From Octopus bimaculoides (taxonomy: Eukaryota), in contig NC_068990.1 in assembly GCF_001194135.2 (NCBI RefSeq), forward strand, positions 53,217,713 through 53,281,712: DNA of 64,000 nucleotides, read 5' to 3'. This document shows, one piece after another, positions 25,021 to 37,201 of this stretch (positions are counted from its first letter, which is position 1; each line of letters starts with the position of its first letter). The position numbers and the translations under genes were made by a program. The notes beneath the pieces were generated by a model. The model was not told the DNA's origin. It saw only the letters and a list, made by a program, of their open reading frames with translations, and ran no database searches.

Positions 25021-26906
25021 AATAATAATCATCATCATCATCATCATCACCAGAGAGATCTAAAACTATTTAGTTTAGACCTCTTGATTATGATTTCAAA
25101 TTAAACTAGAACCAACTTTACTTTTTGTCCTTAGAGTTGATTAATCCTGGAAGCAATCTCTATGTTTCATGTATCATCTTATCCAAACTTTTAATATCCA
25201 CAATGCAGTATAAAAACAGCAGATTTACGAGACTTTACACATTCATTTGTTACACTTCTTTGAAAAATTTTTGTTTTTTGTTTAATTAGATTATAGCAAC
25301 ATTTGTTGCTCTAATTAATATCTCAAGATTTCTACAATGCAAAAGAGTATCCTAAACCCTCTCCAGTTTTCCTACCTGAGTTATTGATTTCCTTCCTTAA
25401 CAACTTCATAAAACAAATGAACACTTGACTTGGTGAACTCTACTGGTTACAGATCTATGAAACCACAGTAATCACCACTGACAAGCATGTATGACCTGAT
25501 AGTAATTATCTTAGGTGCCTTGTATAGTGATGAGTAATCACTATCTCAATCCTACCACCCTTGGAGGATATGACTATTGGTAGACTGGTAGTCATTTGAG
25601 CTGTACAGACCAACATGACATGAAAGACACAACATGCTGCTCATTTCAGGAATTGAACCCAGAAATTTATGATTGGGTGCTTACACCCTATGTTTCTGTT
25701 ACTATTTAATGTAAAAAAAATTGATGGTAGAGATTTAGGTTAGCAACCAAACTAGTAAATGACAGGAGATGTGGTGGTTGGTTTGAATTGGACCGTTACT
25801 TTTGAAAACAATGGGAATTAAAAAATGTAAATTGTTGAAGTAAAAAAAATAATACAATTGTCAATCATTAAAAAAAATGTCCTTCATATTGACCATATAA
25901 TATGTGTACATGCATTCATATCATCTAGAAAAAGATTATGCAATCCTTGGTTAAGTTGCATACTATGCTTATTTCTGTCTGCAAACATTCCAGTATATGC
26001 ACACAATATTTATTATTTGAGATATCAAGCCAATGCTTCAGCATGAACCACATAATTCTGTTAATTAAAACAAGAAAACATAATTCTGTAAAGATTGCAA
26101 AAATGCAATAAAGCTCATTATACATGCAATTCATCAAAAATAGTTCTTGATTCAGACAATTGCATTTCTACATTCATGGCAATAAGCCAGCGTTGTGTAC
26201 ATGTATTATGTAGTAGTTGTATAAGGTAGGGAAAGATTAAGGGAGTTATTGCATCTGTTGATGACAACAATAAGATTATCATTGTACAAAACAAAGAAGA
26301 GAAAAAGGCTGTAGAATTACAACTGTGAGAAGGATAGTGTTACATGGCAGAGAAATATGTAGAAGCAGAGGATAGGAAACAGCAACTATGGAAACATTTG
26401 AGTTCAGTCAGTTCTTCAGGAATGAGATGACTGCATCAGAAATGGGATAGTAAATGGCAGGACAGAAGACAAGATATCTTACAGTGATTAGAATGTGATG
26501 AATTGACTAAGTTTGGTTGGTTGGGGAACAAAAATCAACTCTAGAAGTGATTTGAGTACAAGTGAGTTTGTTCTAAATGGTATTGCATGTGTATGGATAA
26601 TGTTTTTGCACTTAGAAAGTGCCCCTACATGGGGAGTGGGGAGTGTTCTTGGTTGAGTTAAAGGCTGATAGAGAAACATTTGTAAAGTTAGGCTTCAAAA
26701 TTAATGTAGAATAGAGAATACATTCTGAGACTTTTAACTACTGTGTGGGAAAACAAATTTAGACTGTTGATGATGGTGGTGGTGATTGCAGTGATGGTAA
26801 TGCTTATGATAAATGTGTTTGGTTTTTGGTTTTGACACCAGTTGACATTGGTATGATATAAATGTGCAAAAGAAATTGTCTTAACTTAATAATGTAAATT
26901 TTTCAG

Positions 26907-26982
26907 ACTGGAGATCTTTTACGACACAAAATACAACATCGTCCTGACCGAGAATCTCTTGTAAATCAACACATTTTAGAAG
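26907..26982 (+). CDS. MRTF: MRTF exon encoding RPEL2 (TGDLLRHKIQHRPDRESLVNQHILE), phase 0 to phase 1, 76 nt
   Basis: Acceptor ttttcag ends at 26906 and donor AAG|GTGAGT starts at 26983. It resembles TEDYLKRKIRSRPERSELVRMHILE. Confidence 0.93.
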
Positions 26983-27769
26983 GTGAGTTCATTTTAATTT
27001 TAAAATAGAATAGAATTGGTACTTATTCCTTATAATCACCCCCTCACCCATTCTCAATCTCTCACTTTCATACTCTTAAATCCTCCACCCAGCCACTCCT
27101 AATTCTTCTGCCCCTTTCACTCCCACCCACCTTATCACCATTCTTTTTATCTCTTCTCACTTCTACCCTGGTCACTCCCACCTTCACTAGTAAAATGTGA
27201 GTTGCTATGTAGCTCCTCTACAGGAAGAAGCCTGTTCTGCTCTCATACTTCACTTCTTCACCTTCTTGCATAAAGTTGTCTTTCTCAGTGTTCATAGAAT
27301 GGCAACTGCATGGCAATCTCACTAGTGCTAGTGGCATGAAGAAAACATCTAATACACTCTGTTGGCACTAGGAAGGACATCCAGTTGTGTAGAAATAGGC
27401 AGTGGACACAACACAGTTCTTGGACCTCTTGATCCTGTCAAACCATCCAACCCATACCAGTATGGAACATAGGTGTTAAGTGATAATGATAATGATGATC
27501 TCATTTGTACAAGGTTGACAGAAAGAAGAAATGTTAATTATTACTGTATGGTTTCTAAATTAGTCTGTTTTAGAGTTTGACTTCTATCAATAGTCTCATA
27601 TTTCATTAGTTGAGCTGACTGATGGCTCTCAGTTCTTCTTCATATTTTAGCATTTAAAGCAAAAATTAAAATATTGATTTTTAAATTTTGAAGTTTGACA
27701 ATCAACTAAAATTATTGCTAAGGAAAAACAATCCAAACACTCAGTCATAGAGAAAGTTGATCTCTCACC

Positions 27770-28015
27770 AGAGTCAACTTTGCCTTTCATTCCTCCAGGG
27801 TTAATTAAATAACCACCAAGTACTGAGACTGATGTAATTGGCTATTGCTCCTTCTGTCAAAAATTTTGTGTTTTACATCTAAATTAGAAGCCATTATTAC
27901 TCAATAAAATAAGTACCAGTTGAACACTGGGGTTGGTGTAATTGACTAGCTCCCTACCCCAAAATTTCAGGCCTTGTGCCTTTGTGCTTATAGTAGAAAG
28001 AATCATTATTATTAT
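27770..28015 (+). mobile_element. SINE family A partial copies
   Basis: Core and tail ccccaaaatttcaggccttgtgcct...agtagaaag..attattatt. Confidence 0.65.
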
Positions 28016-28867
28016 TTCATTGCACAGAATGGAGATAAAATACTGCTTTTTGTAGTTTTTTCTTCTTCATGTCAACTGATAAACCTTAACAAAATGTCTT
28101 AGATGGGAAGTACCTTCCTTAGAACATGTGCTGTTCCAAGCAAGAAAGATTTTGTAGACGACTTGCATGTCAGTCTTGATGTCCAACCATTCCAGATGGT
28201 ATGATAACTGTTTGGGATTACTGAACCTTAAACTCCAAAGACTACTGCTATAGTTTTCACTTTTGTTGCTGGTCATCCCATATTCTTTTAATTCAATATA
28301 TTTTCTTGCTGGTCATCCCATATACTTTTACTTCAATATATTTTGACATCTTTCTATATCCTTGTTTGCAATATTCTTGTCTGAAAAAATTGCAATGTCT
28401 GTTGAGTCGTTTTCTATTAAAAAATTTTTTTTTTTTTTGTCATAGACAATGACATCTCGTCTGTGATATTCAATTATTCTGTCTGGATGTCAAGACCAAT
28501 AGAATTTTTGATTTACCAGGTTCATTTAGAACCTTTTCTTTTACATGATTGTACTTACAAATAGTGTGAAGTGTATCTATAGTTTTTATATGATCTGTGT
28601 AAACTGAGGCAAACCTTGTCATGATGCTGCTTATATTTTATCTGATCTAACATTTTATAGCATGCTTCAATGTGCTCAATATTTTCCACTTATTGATTAC
28701 AAAAATGGCACTTTTTCATTGAAGATGTGGAATAAATACCTTTGTTCACTGACACAGCACTTCATCTTGATCAACTTCCCACAAACTCTCAGTTTCTCTC
28801 TTTAAATCTACATTTTGGAGCCTCTCCTTCTCTTCAAAAACTACTGGCCCTCTGTCTAATTTGTAAC

Positions 28868-28915
<48 letters not shown>

Positions 28916-28917
28916 GA

Positions 28918-29395
28918 CTATTCTGAGTTCAAATTCCACCAAGGCCAACTTTGCCTTTCATCCTTTCGGGGTCAATAAATTAAGTACCAGTTACACACTG
29001 GGGTCATTGTAATTGACTAGTCCCCTCCCCCAAAATTTCAGGCTTTGTGCCTACAGCAGAAAGGATTATTATTATTATTATTATTGTTATTGTTATTATT
29101 TACACACTGTAAAGTGGTTAGCATTAGGAAGGGCATCTAGCTGTAGAAACCAAGCCAAATTAGACTGGACAATTCTGGTCAAGCTGTCCAACCCATGCCA
29201 GCATGGAAAATGGATGTTAAAGGAGGATGATGAGGAGGATGATTTGGCATTTCTTCTGATCCTTTACATTCTGTTGAGGTTATTTTCTATCCTTTCAGGG
29301 GTTGATAAAATAAGTACCAGTTGAGCACTGGGGTTGATGTAATTGACTAGTCCTCTCCCACAAAATATCCAGCCTTGTGTCTATAGCCGAAAGGA
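28918..29395 (+). mobile_element. SINE family A copies interleaved with an RTE-tail repeat just upstream of the RPEL3 exon
   Basis: Family A cores lie at 28918-29070 and 29285-29395, with the RTE-tail motif at 29105-29240. Confidence 0.7.
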
Positions 29396-29580
29396 AATTG
29401 TTGTTATTTAAATATTGTCATGGTTGACTTTGCATTTCATCTTTACCGACCTGACAAAATATGTACCAATCAAGTGTTGCACTCAATTTTAAAAAATCTA
29501 CCCTCCCTATAATTTTTGCTGCTGTATCTTTGTTAAGAATTATTTATTCATTTATTTATCTTATTATTATTATTATTCAG

Positions 29581-29742
29581 ATACAAATGTAGATCCATCA
29601 CTTCATGATCGTCAACGACAGCTAAAAAGAGCCAAGCTAGCTGATGGACTCAATGATAAGTTGTCTCATCGTCCTGGCCCATTGGAACTTGTACAGGGCA
29701 ACATCTTGCAAGCAAATGAAGAACTAGCAGAAGCTATCAAAG
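29581..29742 (+). CDS. MRTF: MRTF exon encoding the B2 basic element and RPEL3 (DTNVDPSLHDRQRQLKRAKLADGLNDKLSHRPGPLELVQGNILQANEELAEAIK), phase 1 to phase 1, 162 nt
   Basis: Acceptor ttattcag ends at 29580 and donor AAG|GTTAGT starts at 29743. It carries a canonical RPGPLEL motif and resembles LKRARLADDLNEKIAQRPGPMELVEKNIL. Confidence 0.95.
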
Positions 29743-29787
29743 GTTAGTATCATCAAATAAACATACTTTGGGATGGACGGACGGACA

Positions 29788-29833
<46 letters not shown>

Positions 29834-31627
29834 NNNNNNNNNNACACACACACAAACACACCTTTGTGGATGCATATTGATGAGCATATTTCATATTTCC
29901 ATCTTATTTATTGAGAAATTTCTGTTTCTTGGATGTAGGAAATGGTATTGTTAAGCTATGTTGCTACAATGTGTGGTTGTTACATTAACCCTGTTCTCCC
30001 CATCACCACAACCACTGCTACTGCCTAAACAATTTGTGTTTTTTTTAAATCTCACTAATAACAATAGAATTGTTTCATTTGTTAACTTCACATTTTCTAC
30101 TATCAACCTTTCCTTGCTCTCCCAAAACGTTTTGTTGTTCTGCCGTTTCAATCTTGTGACTGCCTACTACCATGTATATGGTTCTAACCAAGTTTGGTGC
30201 CATGTTAAGGAGATAGCAAAACAATGAAGACTAGTCAGTGTTATTGTTTGCCTGTTTGCATGCACCTTAAAACAGCCTTAATATTGTAATAAGCTTTTAT
30301 GAAGACTGCCAATCTATAGTGTAGAAATAATGTTCTATTAGCTGTGACATATCTGTTCTGTTGGCATTTGACTATATTTTTAAGGTTGATACATCTTATT
30401 GTTTAACTACCTAAAGATACATTGCAAATAACAGAAATCTTGAAATATTTGAACAATGTTATCATACCTTGTATGTTTGTTTGTCATTTTCTTCAGAAGC
30501 TTGTTTGCAAAATATAGTTGCAGAAAATAAATCTCAAGGTGGGTTTGTAGTATTAATCACGGTGTTAGTAAGGTATTTGATTGTTTCCATGTGTTAATTA
30601 GGTGGTAATAAAGAACTTGAATGATGGCTCCACTATTATATTTGTCTGTTTATCCAAACTTTGGTACTTCATTGTATATTTTGCCAGATTTGACTCAGAG
30701 ACAGAGTCAGTAGAATATGCACTGCTGGTATATAGGATACAATTAATGACCTTTCACATCTTTATCAAAATGATTATGTGTACTGGTAAAAGAAATACTT
30801 GTTGGTGCTGTTTTGTGGTTGAATGTCTTTAACTAGTACAAATGACTCGACTATGAAAGGGAGATGATTATAATTTCTAACTCAAAAATGATAATGAATT
30901 GTCAGGTATGCTTTATCAAGATCAAGCAATACATTTGGCAAGCTTTCAGCATAATATAGTTTGCTTGTTAATTGTACTTTTATATGGTCAAACTTTGGCA
31001 GTAATTCTGTGCAGTTGGCTGGTTAAGCTTGGCACACTTGCAGTTTTTTTTTTTTTATTTATAAAAAAAAAAATAGGTGCATAAAACTGTATGAATATCC
31101 ACTGNNNNNNNNNNACTGAATCTTATTTTAGGCTTGTGAATTGCAGCATGCATGTGCACGGGCACACACACACACACACACACAAGCAGAAATGAGTTTA
31201 TTGGGTGAATTCATAATCTCTCTACTTATTCTTTGTGAATATCAATGTTACAAACAAATAAGTATGTGTTGATGAAGTCATACACAAAACCCAAACCAGA
31301 TGCATTGGCAGAATTTGATACTGTTACAAAACAAATGTGCTTGTAACAATACATAGTCTCATGAGTTTTATATATATATGTGTGTATGTGTATATACACA
31401 CACCTTCCAAATATTGAAGCAAATATATACATTTGTTTTTACATCTTAATGCTCATTAGATGCTACATATCTTATCAATGAGTCGAGATTGGTGATTTAA
31501 AGATAGATAATTAATTCCTTCCAGGTATAAACCAAGAAAGAACATTGCTAATATATGTGATATTTAGGATTCAATCATTTCACTGGATTCTATTGGCAAT
31601 GATTGGAATTAAGTCTGAAGTTTATAA

Positions 31628-32700
31628 ACAGGTGCAGGTGTGGCTGTGTGGTAAGAAGCTTGCTTCCCAACCACATTGTTCTGGGTTCAGTCTCACTACG
31701 TTGCACCTTGGGTAAGTGTCTTCTGCTATAGCATTGGACTGACCAAAGCCTTGTGAGTGGATTTAGTAGACAGAAACTGAAAGAAGCCTGTCATATATAT
31801 ATATATATATGTGTGTGTGAGGTCATTATGAATGAAATGTCCAATTTTGAACTGAAAGTTTATTTTACTTTATCTCAACAAGAAACAATGCAGTTAATCA
31901 AAGTATGCACCTAAATTATCAACACAATTTTGCCATTTTATCAGTAGCTTATTTATGCTGGCAGCAAAGAATTCTGGTGAGCTGGTACTTATTCTGTTGG
32001 TGCCTTTTGCTGAACTGCTAAGTTACAGTTGTCAAGGGATGTGATGGAAGTGGTGGAGAACTCTCACATACACGCGTAGCTTGAGATGTATTTGCTTCCA
32101 CTACAGTTTCCAGCTCATCATTATCCGCCTTGGTCTCAGGTCTACCATGGGACTGAAACTTCTCAGACCATTGATGTACAGTGCGCTCATTCACCACATC
32201 TTTACCAAACATCTCATTGATGCTTCAAGCTGTCTAGGATGCATTGGTTCCATGACAGAACTCATAGTCATAAACAACATGAATTTTTGATTTATCCATG
32301 GGTTCATAGAAATTGATTTACAAGAGAAAACTCACAATATAATCAGACACTGTGAATTTCACTTCATAAAGTGATGATGTAACTCTTCAATGTTGTAAAA
32401 CAAAGAATTGTCAGGATAAAATATTAACGACTGTGAAACTTGGTGCATAAGAAAATCAGACATTTCATTCTTAATGACCTGATATATATTTGTGTTTGTC
32501 CCCACCACCATCGCTTGACAACCGATGTTGGTGTGTTTATGTCTCCGCAACATTAGCAGTTCAACACAAGAGACCAATAGAATAAGCACCAGGCTTACAA
32601 AAAAATAAGTCTAGTGGTCGATTTCTTTGACTAAAAGGTAGTACTCCAGCATGACCACAGTCAAATGACTGAGACAAGTAAAAGAATAAAAGGAAAAAAA
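31628..32700 (+). mobile_element. SINE family B split by a mariner insertion
   Basis: The 5' half is 31628-31810 and the 3' half is 32485-32700. Joined, they reconstitute the family-B sequence. Confidence 0.78.
31818..32482 (-). mobile_element. Internally deleted mariner (Hsmar1/cecropia-like N-terminal HTH)
   Basis: Inverted repeats aggtcattatgaatgaaatgtc / gacatttcattcttaatgacct flank the ORF MFGKDVVNERTVHQWSEKF..GRPETKADNDELETVVEANTSQATR. Confidence 0.75.
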
Positions 32701-35484
32701 GAAATTACTTGTGTTGAGGCTGAAGCCCAAATATCAAACATTTTTCATCACACGTAATGAGTAAAAAAAAATAGTGTTAAACAGTTCAACCAAGTAGTTA
32801 GCTATTGGCTGGTTGTAGAGTTGTGAGGTGAAGTTAAATTACAGTTAGTATGATAGTGTGACTCTAGCTTGGAAGCAAACTTGAAGTCTAGCATATGATC
32901 TTTCATATGGTCTCAGGCCACAATCTGTTTTATATGATTGAAGGTCTTGATGGTATGTAATAGAGCAGATTGGCTGAACTTGGTTTTCAGATGAGAAGCT
33001 CAATGACTTGAGATCAATAAGAAGTGATTGAGAACTCATTATTTAGACCTGCTAAGGTCACTGTCATTATGGGTTACCTTCCATCCAATGTTTAGTGATT
33101 TCAATAGCCCAACATCAATCCTTTATATCAAAGTATTTGGCTTTAGGATGGATGTTAAGTTAATTTCTTGTTAGACTTAATTTTGGTGTGTTTCTAGTAA
33201 TTCACCTTTAGAACTTAGAATGTCTTAGAGATTTACAATTTCATCTTTTTTTTATGAGAATATTCTTCTAGTCATACTAAATGTTTGTAGTAGGAACAGA
33301 ACAGTATTTGTAGTAGTAGTTGTCTTGTGTGGACAGTTGTGTTGATATATATTGTGTTAATATATATTAAGACACATTCTCAGAATCTGTTGAGTCTAAC
33401 AGGTAATTTCCTGCCACCCTTTTCTTCTCTGTTGGACACTTTGCCTTTCTGGTTTTGTGGCCTAAAATACCCAATATTTCTTAAGTGCACAGACAAAGAA
33501 GCAGATACATTGAAACACACACTCAATAAGGTAGCCTATGTGAGATTATTCAACCCACTTGAAATAGCTGCAACAATGCTTACAACACACACGTTGCATC
33601 TTAGTAAAAGAACACATCAGGTAATGTAGTCCGGATTGTACTGTGCTTTAAAGAAAGACTGTTTTGGTCATAAGTTTGCTTGATTGGAGCTAACTTGAAC
33701 CTAAACAAATTCATCATTATTTTATATTCCAGATTGTTCCATATAGATCTCCTGGATTTTCCCCTGAAATGCTTGAATTGTGAAGAACAATCTAGAAAAA
33801 AAGCTTAAGTCCCAGTCTTTTGTTTTGAAACCAGATTTCTGTGGAACTGGTTAGAGTGCATGCGTGTGTGTGTATGTGTGGGGGAGCTTGAAGAGAATTA
33901 TATGCGGTGTGAATGTGACAATAGGTTCTGTATATGAAACTGTGGTGGTGGTTAGTCTAGATTAAAAAGAGTAGTTACATAGATGAGTGCTTGTATTCTC
34001 CTATTTATGAAATTAAAGTTTAGAAATGTTGATAATTTTCTAAGCCTACATAGGGTTATGATCAAATTATTTGCTGTTATGGAGTAACATAATAACAATA
34101 CCATACTATCTATACTGTTTATTCTTACGAAAACAATACTAATAAAGAGTGTGTTATATATATATAATGATATGTGTGCATCATATAGATAAATTGTTGT
34201 TGGTTTGATCTGGAAGAAGGTCTTTCAAGACTAGTAAGACCAATGTCTTGAATAGCTACAGAGAAACTGAGAGAAGGAATTTCAAAAGGCCTGTGTTTTA
34301 GGGGTGAACAACCAGGCATAGTGATTTATATCCATAATTCTCTAATAGTGTTGGTAAGATTGTTTTTTTTTTTGAGAGCCATTTTGACATTTGTTAGATC
34401 TCTGGGTTTTTGTTTTTTATCTTGATATTTCACTTGATGGTCATGTTTGGTTTTGGAAGACTTGTCATTGGTCAGATAGTCAAAGATAATTAGAGTTGTA
34501 ACTTGATCATGGATACATCAGACATTCATAATTAAATTTTGAATCATATGTTTAATTATGTTGTATTTAATTATATATATTCTTACATTTAATTGTATTG
34601 TAACTTTTCTCTTCCTTTAGAAGGAATTATTTAATCTAATTTGTTTACTCAAAATTTAAAAATCTGTCCCTCACACTTTTATCTAAAATATATTATAGCT
34701 ATTGTTTCTATATATTTATTTTAATATCTAAACTTAGCAACTCCAACTTAAGACATTGAGACTGTGACAGAAATTCTCTTTTCTTCTCTCTCTGTGTTAT
34801 CAGTTGCCAAGTTCTGCCTTGGCTTTACAACTTTATCATTATTATTATTATTATTATTTTATTTTACACTTACTGACATATATATGTGTGTGTGTGTGTG
34901 TGTGCGTGTGTGCGTGCGTGTGTGTGTGTGCTATTTGATAAATAAATTAACTACAAAACAAACAGCAAAAAAAGAAAACAAAACAAATTGCATGCTGTGT
35001 TTTTTATGGCTTTTCCTACTAAGAACTTCTGCCACTATATTTAAATTAAAGGTATCAAACTGAGGGATTTAAGCTCAAAGAAGTTTTTAGCAACTGAACA
35101 AGGTAAATGCATGTATTTTTTGCTGATAATAATATCTATATACATATCTGTATATATGTATTATATATATCTACAGTCTTCTTTTCCTTTATGTACAATA
35201 TATTCTTGTTGCTGCTGCTATTGTTGCTGCCCAGCACTGCAAATTCCTGCCACCTCCACCTCTTTCTGTCCTGCACTATAAATGCAACTGCATGCATTGT
35301 TTTCAGTCATATTTTTTTTCCTAGTAATTCACAATTTAGAAAAGGCAATTCTTGTTTTTATTTTTGTGCTAATTTTTTTTTTTACATCTTGTGTCATATT
35401 CCATTTAGATATGAAGCAGGAGAAAATAAGAACATATTTCAAATTCCTTCACTACATAAATCAATGTTGATTATATAAATTAAT

Positions 35485-35670
35485 AATAATAATCCTTTTT
35501 AGTAAAGGCACTAGGCCTAAAATTTAGCAGGAGACTAGTTGATGACATCGATCCCAGTGTTTCACTGGTACTTAATTTATCAACCCTGAAAGGATGAAAG
35601 GCAAAGTTGATCTCGGGCGAAATACTGCTAAGCATTTTGTCCAGCATGCTAACGGCTCTACCAGCTTGCC
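35485..35670 (-). mobile_element. SINE family A copy
   Basis: Reverse core ttaatttatcaaccctgaaaggatgaaaggcaaagttga. Confidence 0.75.
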
Positions 35671-36984
35671 AATATAAATAATAACAATAGGTATGTATAT
35701 AACAAAATAAATCCAAAGAAACACCAACTATCCTTTAATTAGATTATTATGGCCATATTTTGCTGTAAATAAGAGGTGACTAATGCTAATTAGAATGATC
35801 ATTATTCAATGAATTTTAGTTATCGATTAGCTTATACTGTATAACTTATACTGTGACCACTCTCCATTTTATGAAACCAACTGAGCAAATTGCCACTAAG
35901 TTGTTATTTTCATCTGCTGCCATTAAAAAATTATAATTTTCAAATTATTATATATTTAGTAAATCCTTTCACCAAGATGTTGATCTCTAGAAGTGAAAAG
36001 TGGTATCTCTTAAGTATAACTTCTCCTGCTTCTTTACTATAATATTTCATTGATTTATTTCTGTTGTATAGCTTGAGAGTCCAAAGAACTGTTCTGGTTT
36101 CATCACTGGATGTGTGACATGTTGATACCAGCTTTATACATATGGAACCTCGGAATAAAGGCCTATATCTCTATTTTGGGTGCAAAGAGTGGGTACTTAA
36201 TGATTAGATCAACTATCTCATTATGTAAGAATTAATGAATCTGTGTCCACTTTAGGACCAAAGTTGTAGAGTTATATTGACCAGTTTCTGGTAGAGCATT
36301 ATATTCTGTTTATTGCCATAGTAATGACAAACTTTGTGGAAGCTGTCTGCTAATTCATGTTGAGTTCCTCATCGTTTCTTTTTCTTTTCTTACCAAAAAT
36401 AGCTTCTTTCATCTTTGCAAAGTCATTTACAATTGACATCCTGCAGTGTATTGATTTATATACTTGGTGGAGTAGGGGTACTTATGCCTCTTTAATTATG
36501 AGGTGAACAATCATTGTTGATGTCAGTTTTTGTACAGTGCATCCTTTGTGCCATTACTTTCAGATTGCTGCATCAATTCAGCACATAATTTGCAACCACT
36601 GATGTGTTCTGTTAGATATATTGGACACAAAAACAGACACAGCTTTATACTTTATCCTTGTTCTCAGGAATTTTTTTTTTTTCTCTGATAAAGCTTTTTT
36701 TGTTTCATCATGTCATAGTTAAGTTTATTTTTTTTACATCCTGGCTTGATAAGATGAGTCTTATAAATTCTCCTACTAAAATGTGTGACTTTGTACCAGT
36801 GTTAGAAATCCTTACTCTATATGACGTTTATTGAAGTCTGTCAGTTTATAGATTACAATACCTTACTGCAGATGTGACTAGCTAATTCTAACATCAATGC
36901 AAAATTATCAAATTTACAAGAACCTTGACCATTTGACCTACTTCAACTAAAAGGTCAAGTCTGCTTCACATAGTTTTCTTTTAA

Positions 36985-37201
36985 TCCTTTAGCATTCAAA
37001 CCAGCCATATCTGGCCAAATAGTCAACTTGTTTTTATGCTCAAACCAGCCAGATCTGGCCTCTCACACCTGCCCTACAATGTCCTTTTTAAAATAAGCAA
37101 TCACATTGAAATCTCACAGCTACATTATAATGCATGATTAATTCAAAACAATGTGAATGAATAAGCATTACATTCGACTAAGTTATCTGAATGCTAAAGG
37201 G
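36985..37201. mobile_element. piggyBac-type MITE (217 bp)
   Basis: TTAA at 36981-36984 and 37202-37205 flanks the inverted repeats (T/C)CCTTTAGCATTCA / TGAATGCTAAAGGG. Confidence 0.85.

Noticed and set aside
35000-35108. Strong-looking donors at 35103 (AAG|GTAAAT) and 50005 (CCG|GTGAGT) as alternative first exons of RPEL-less MRTF isoforms
   Set aside because: There is no supporting acceptor, promoter evidence or conserved peptide. Isolated donor-like hexamers are common.
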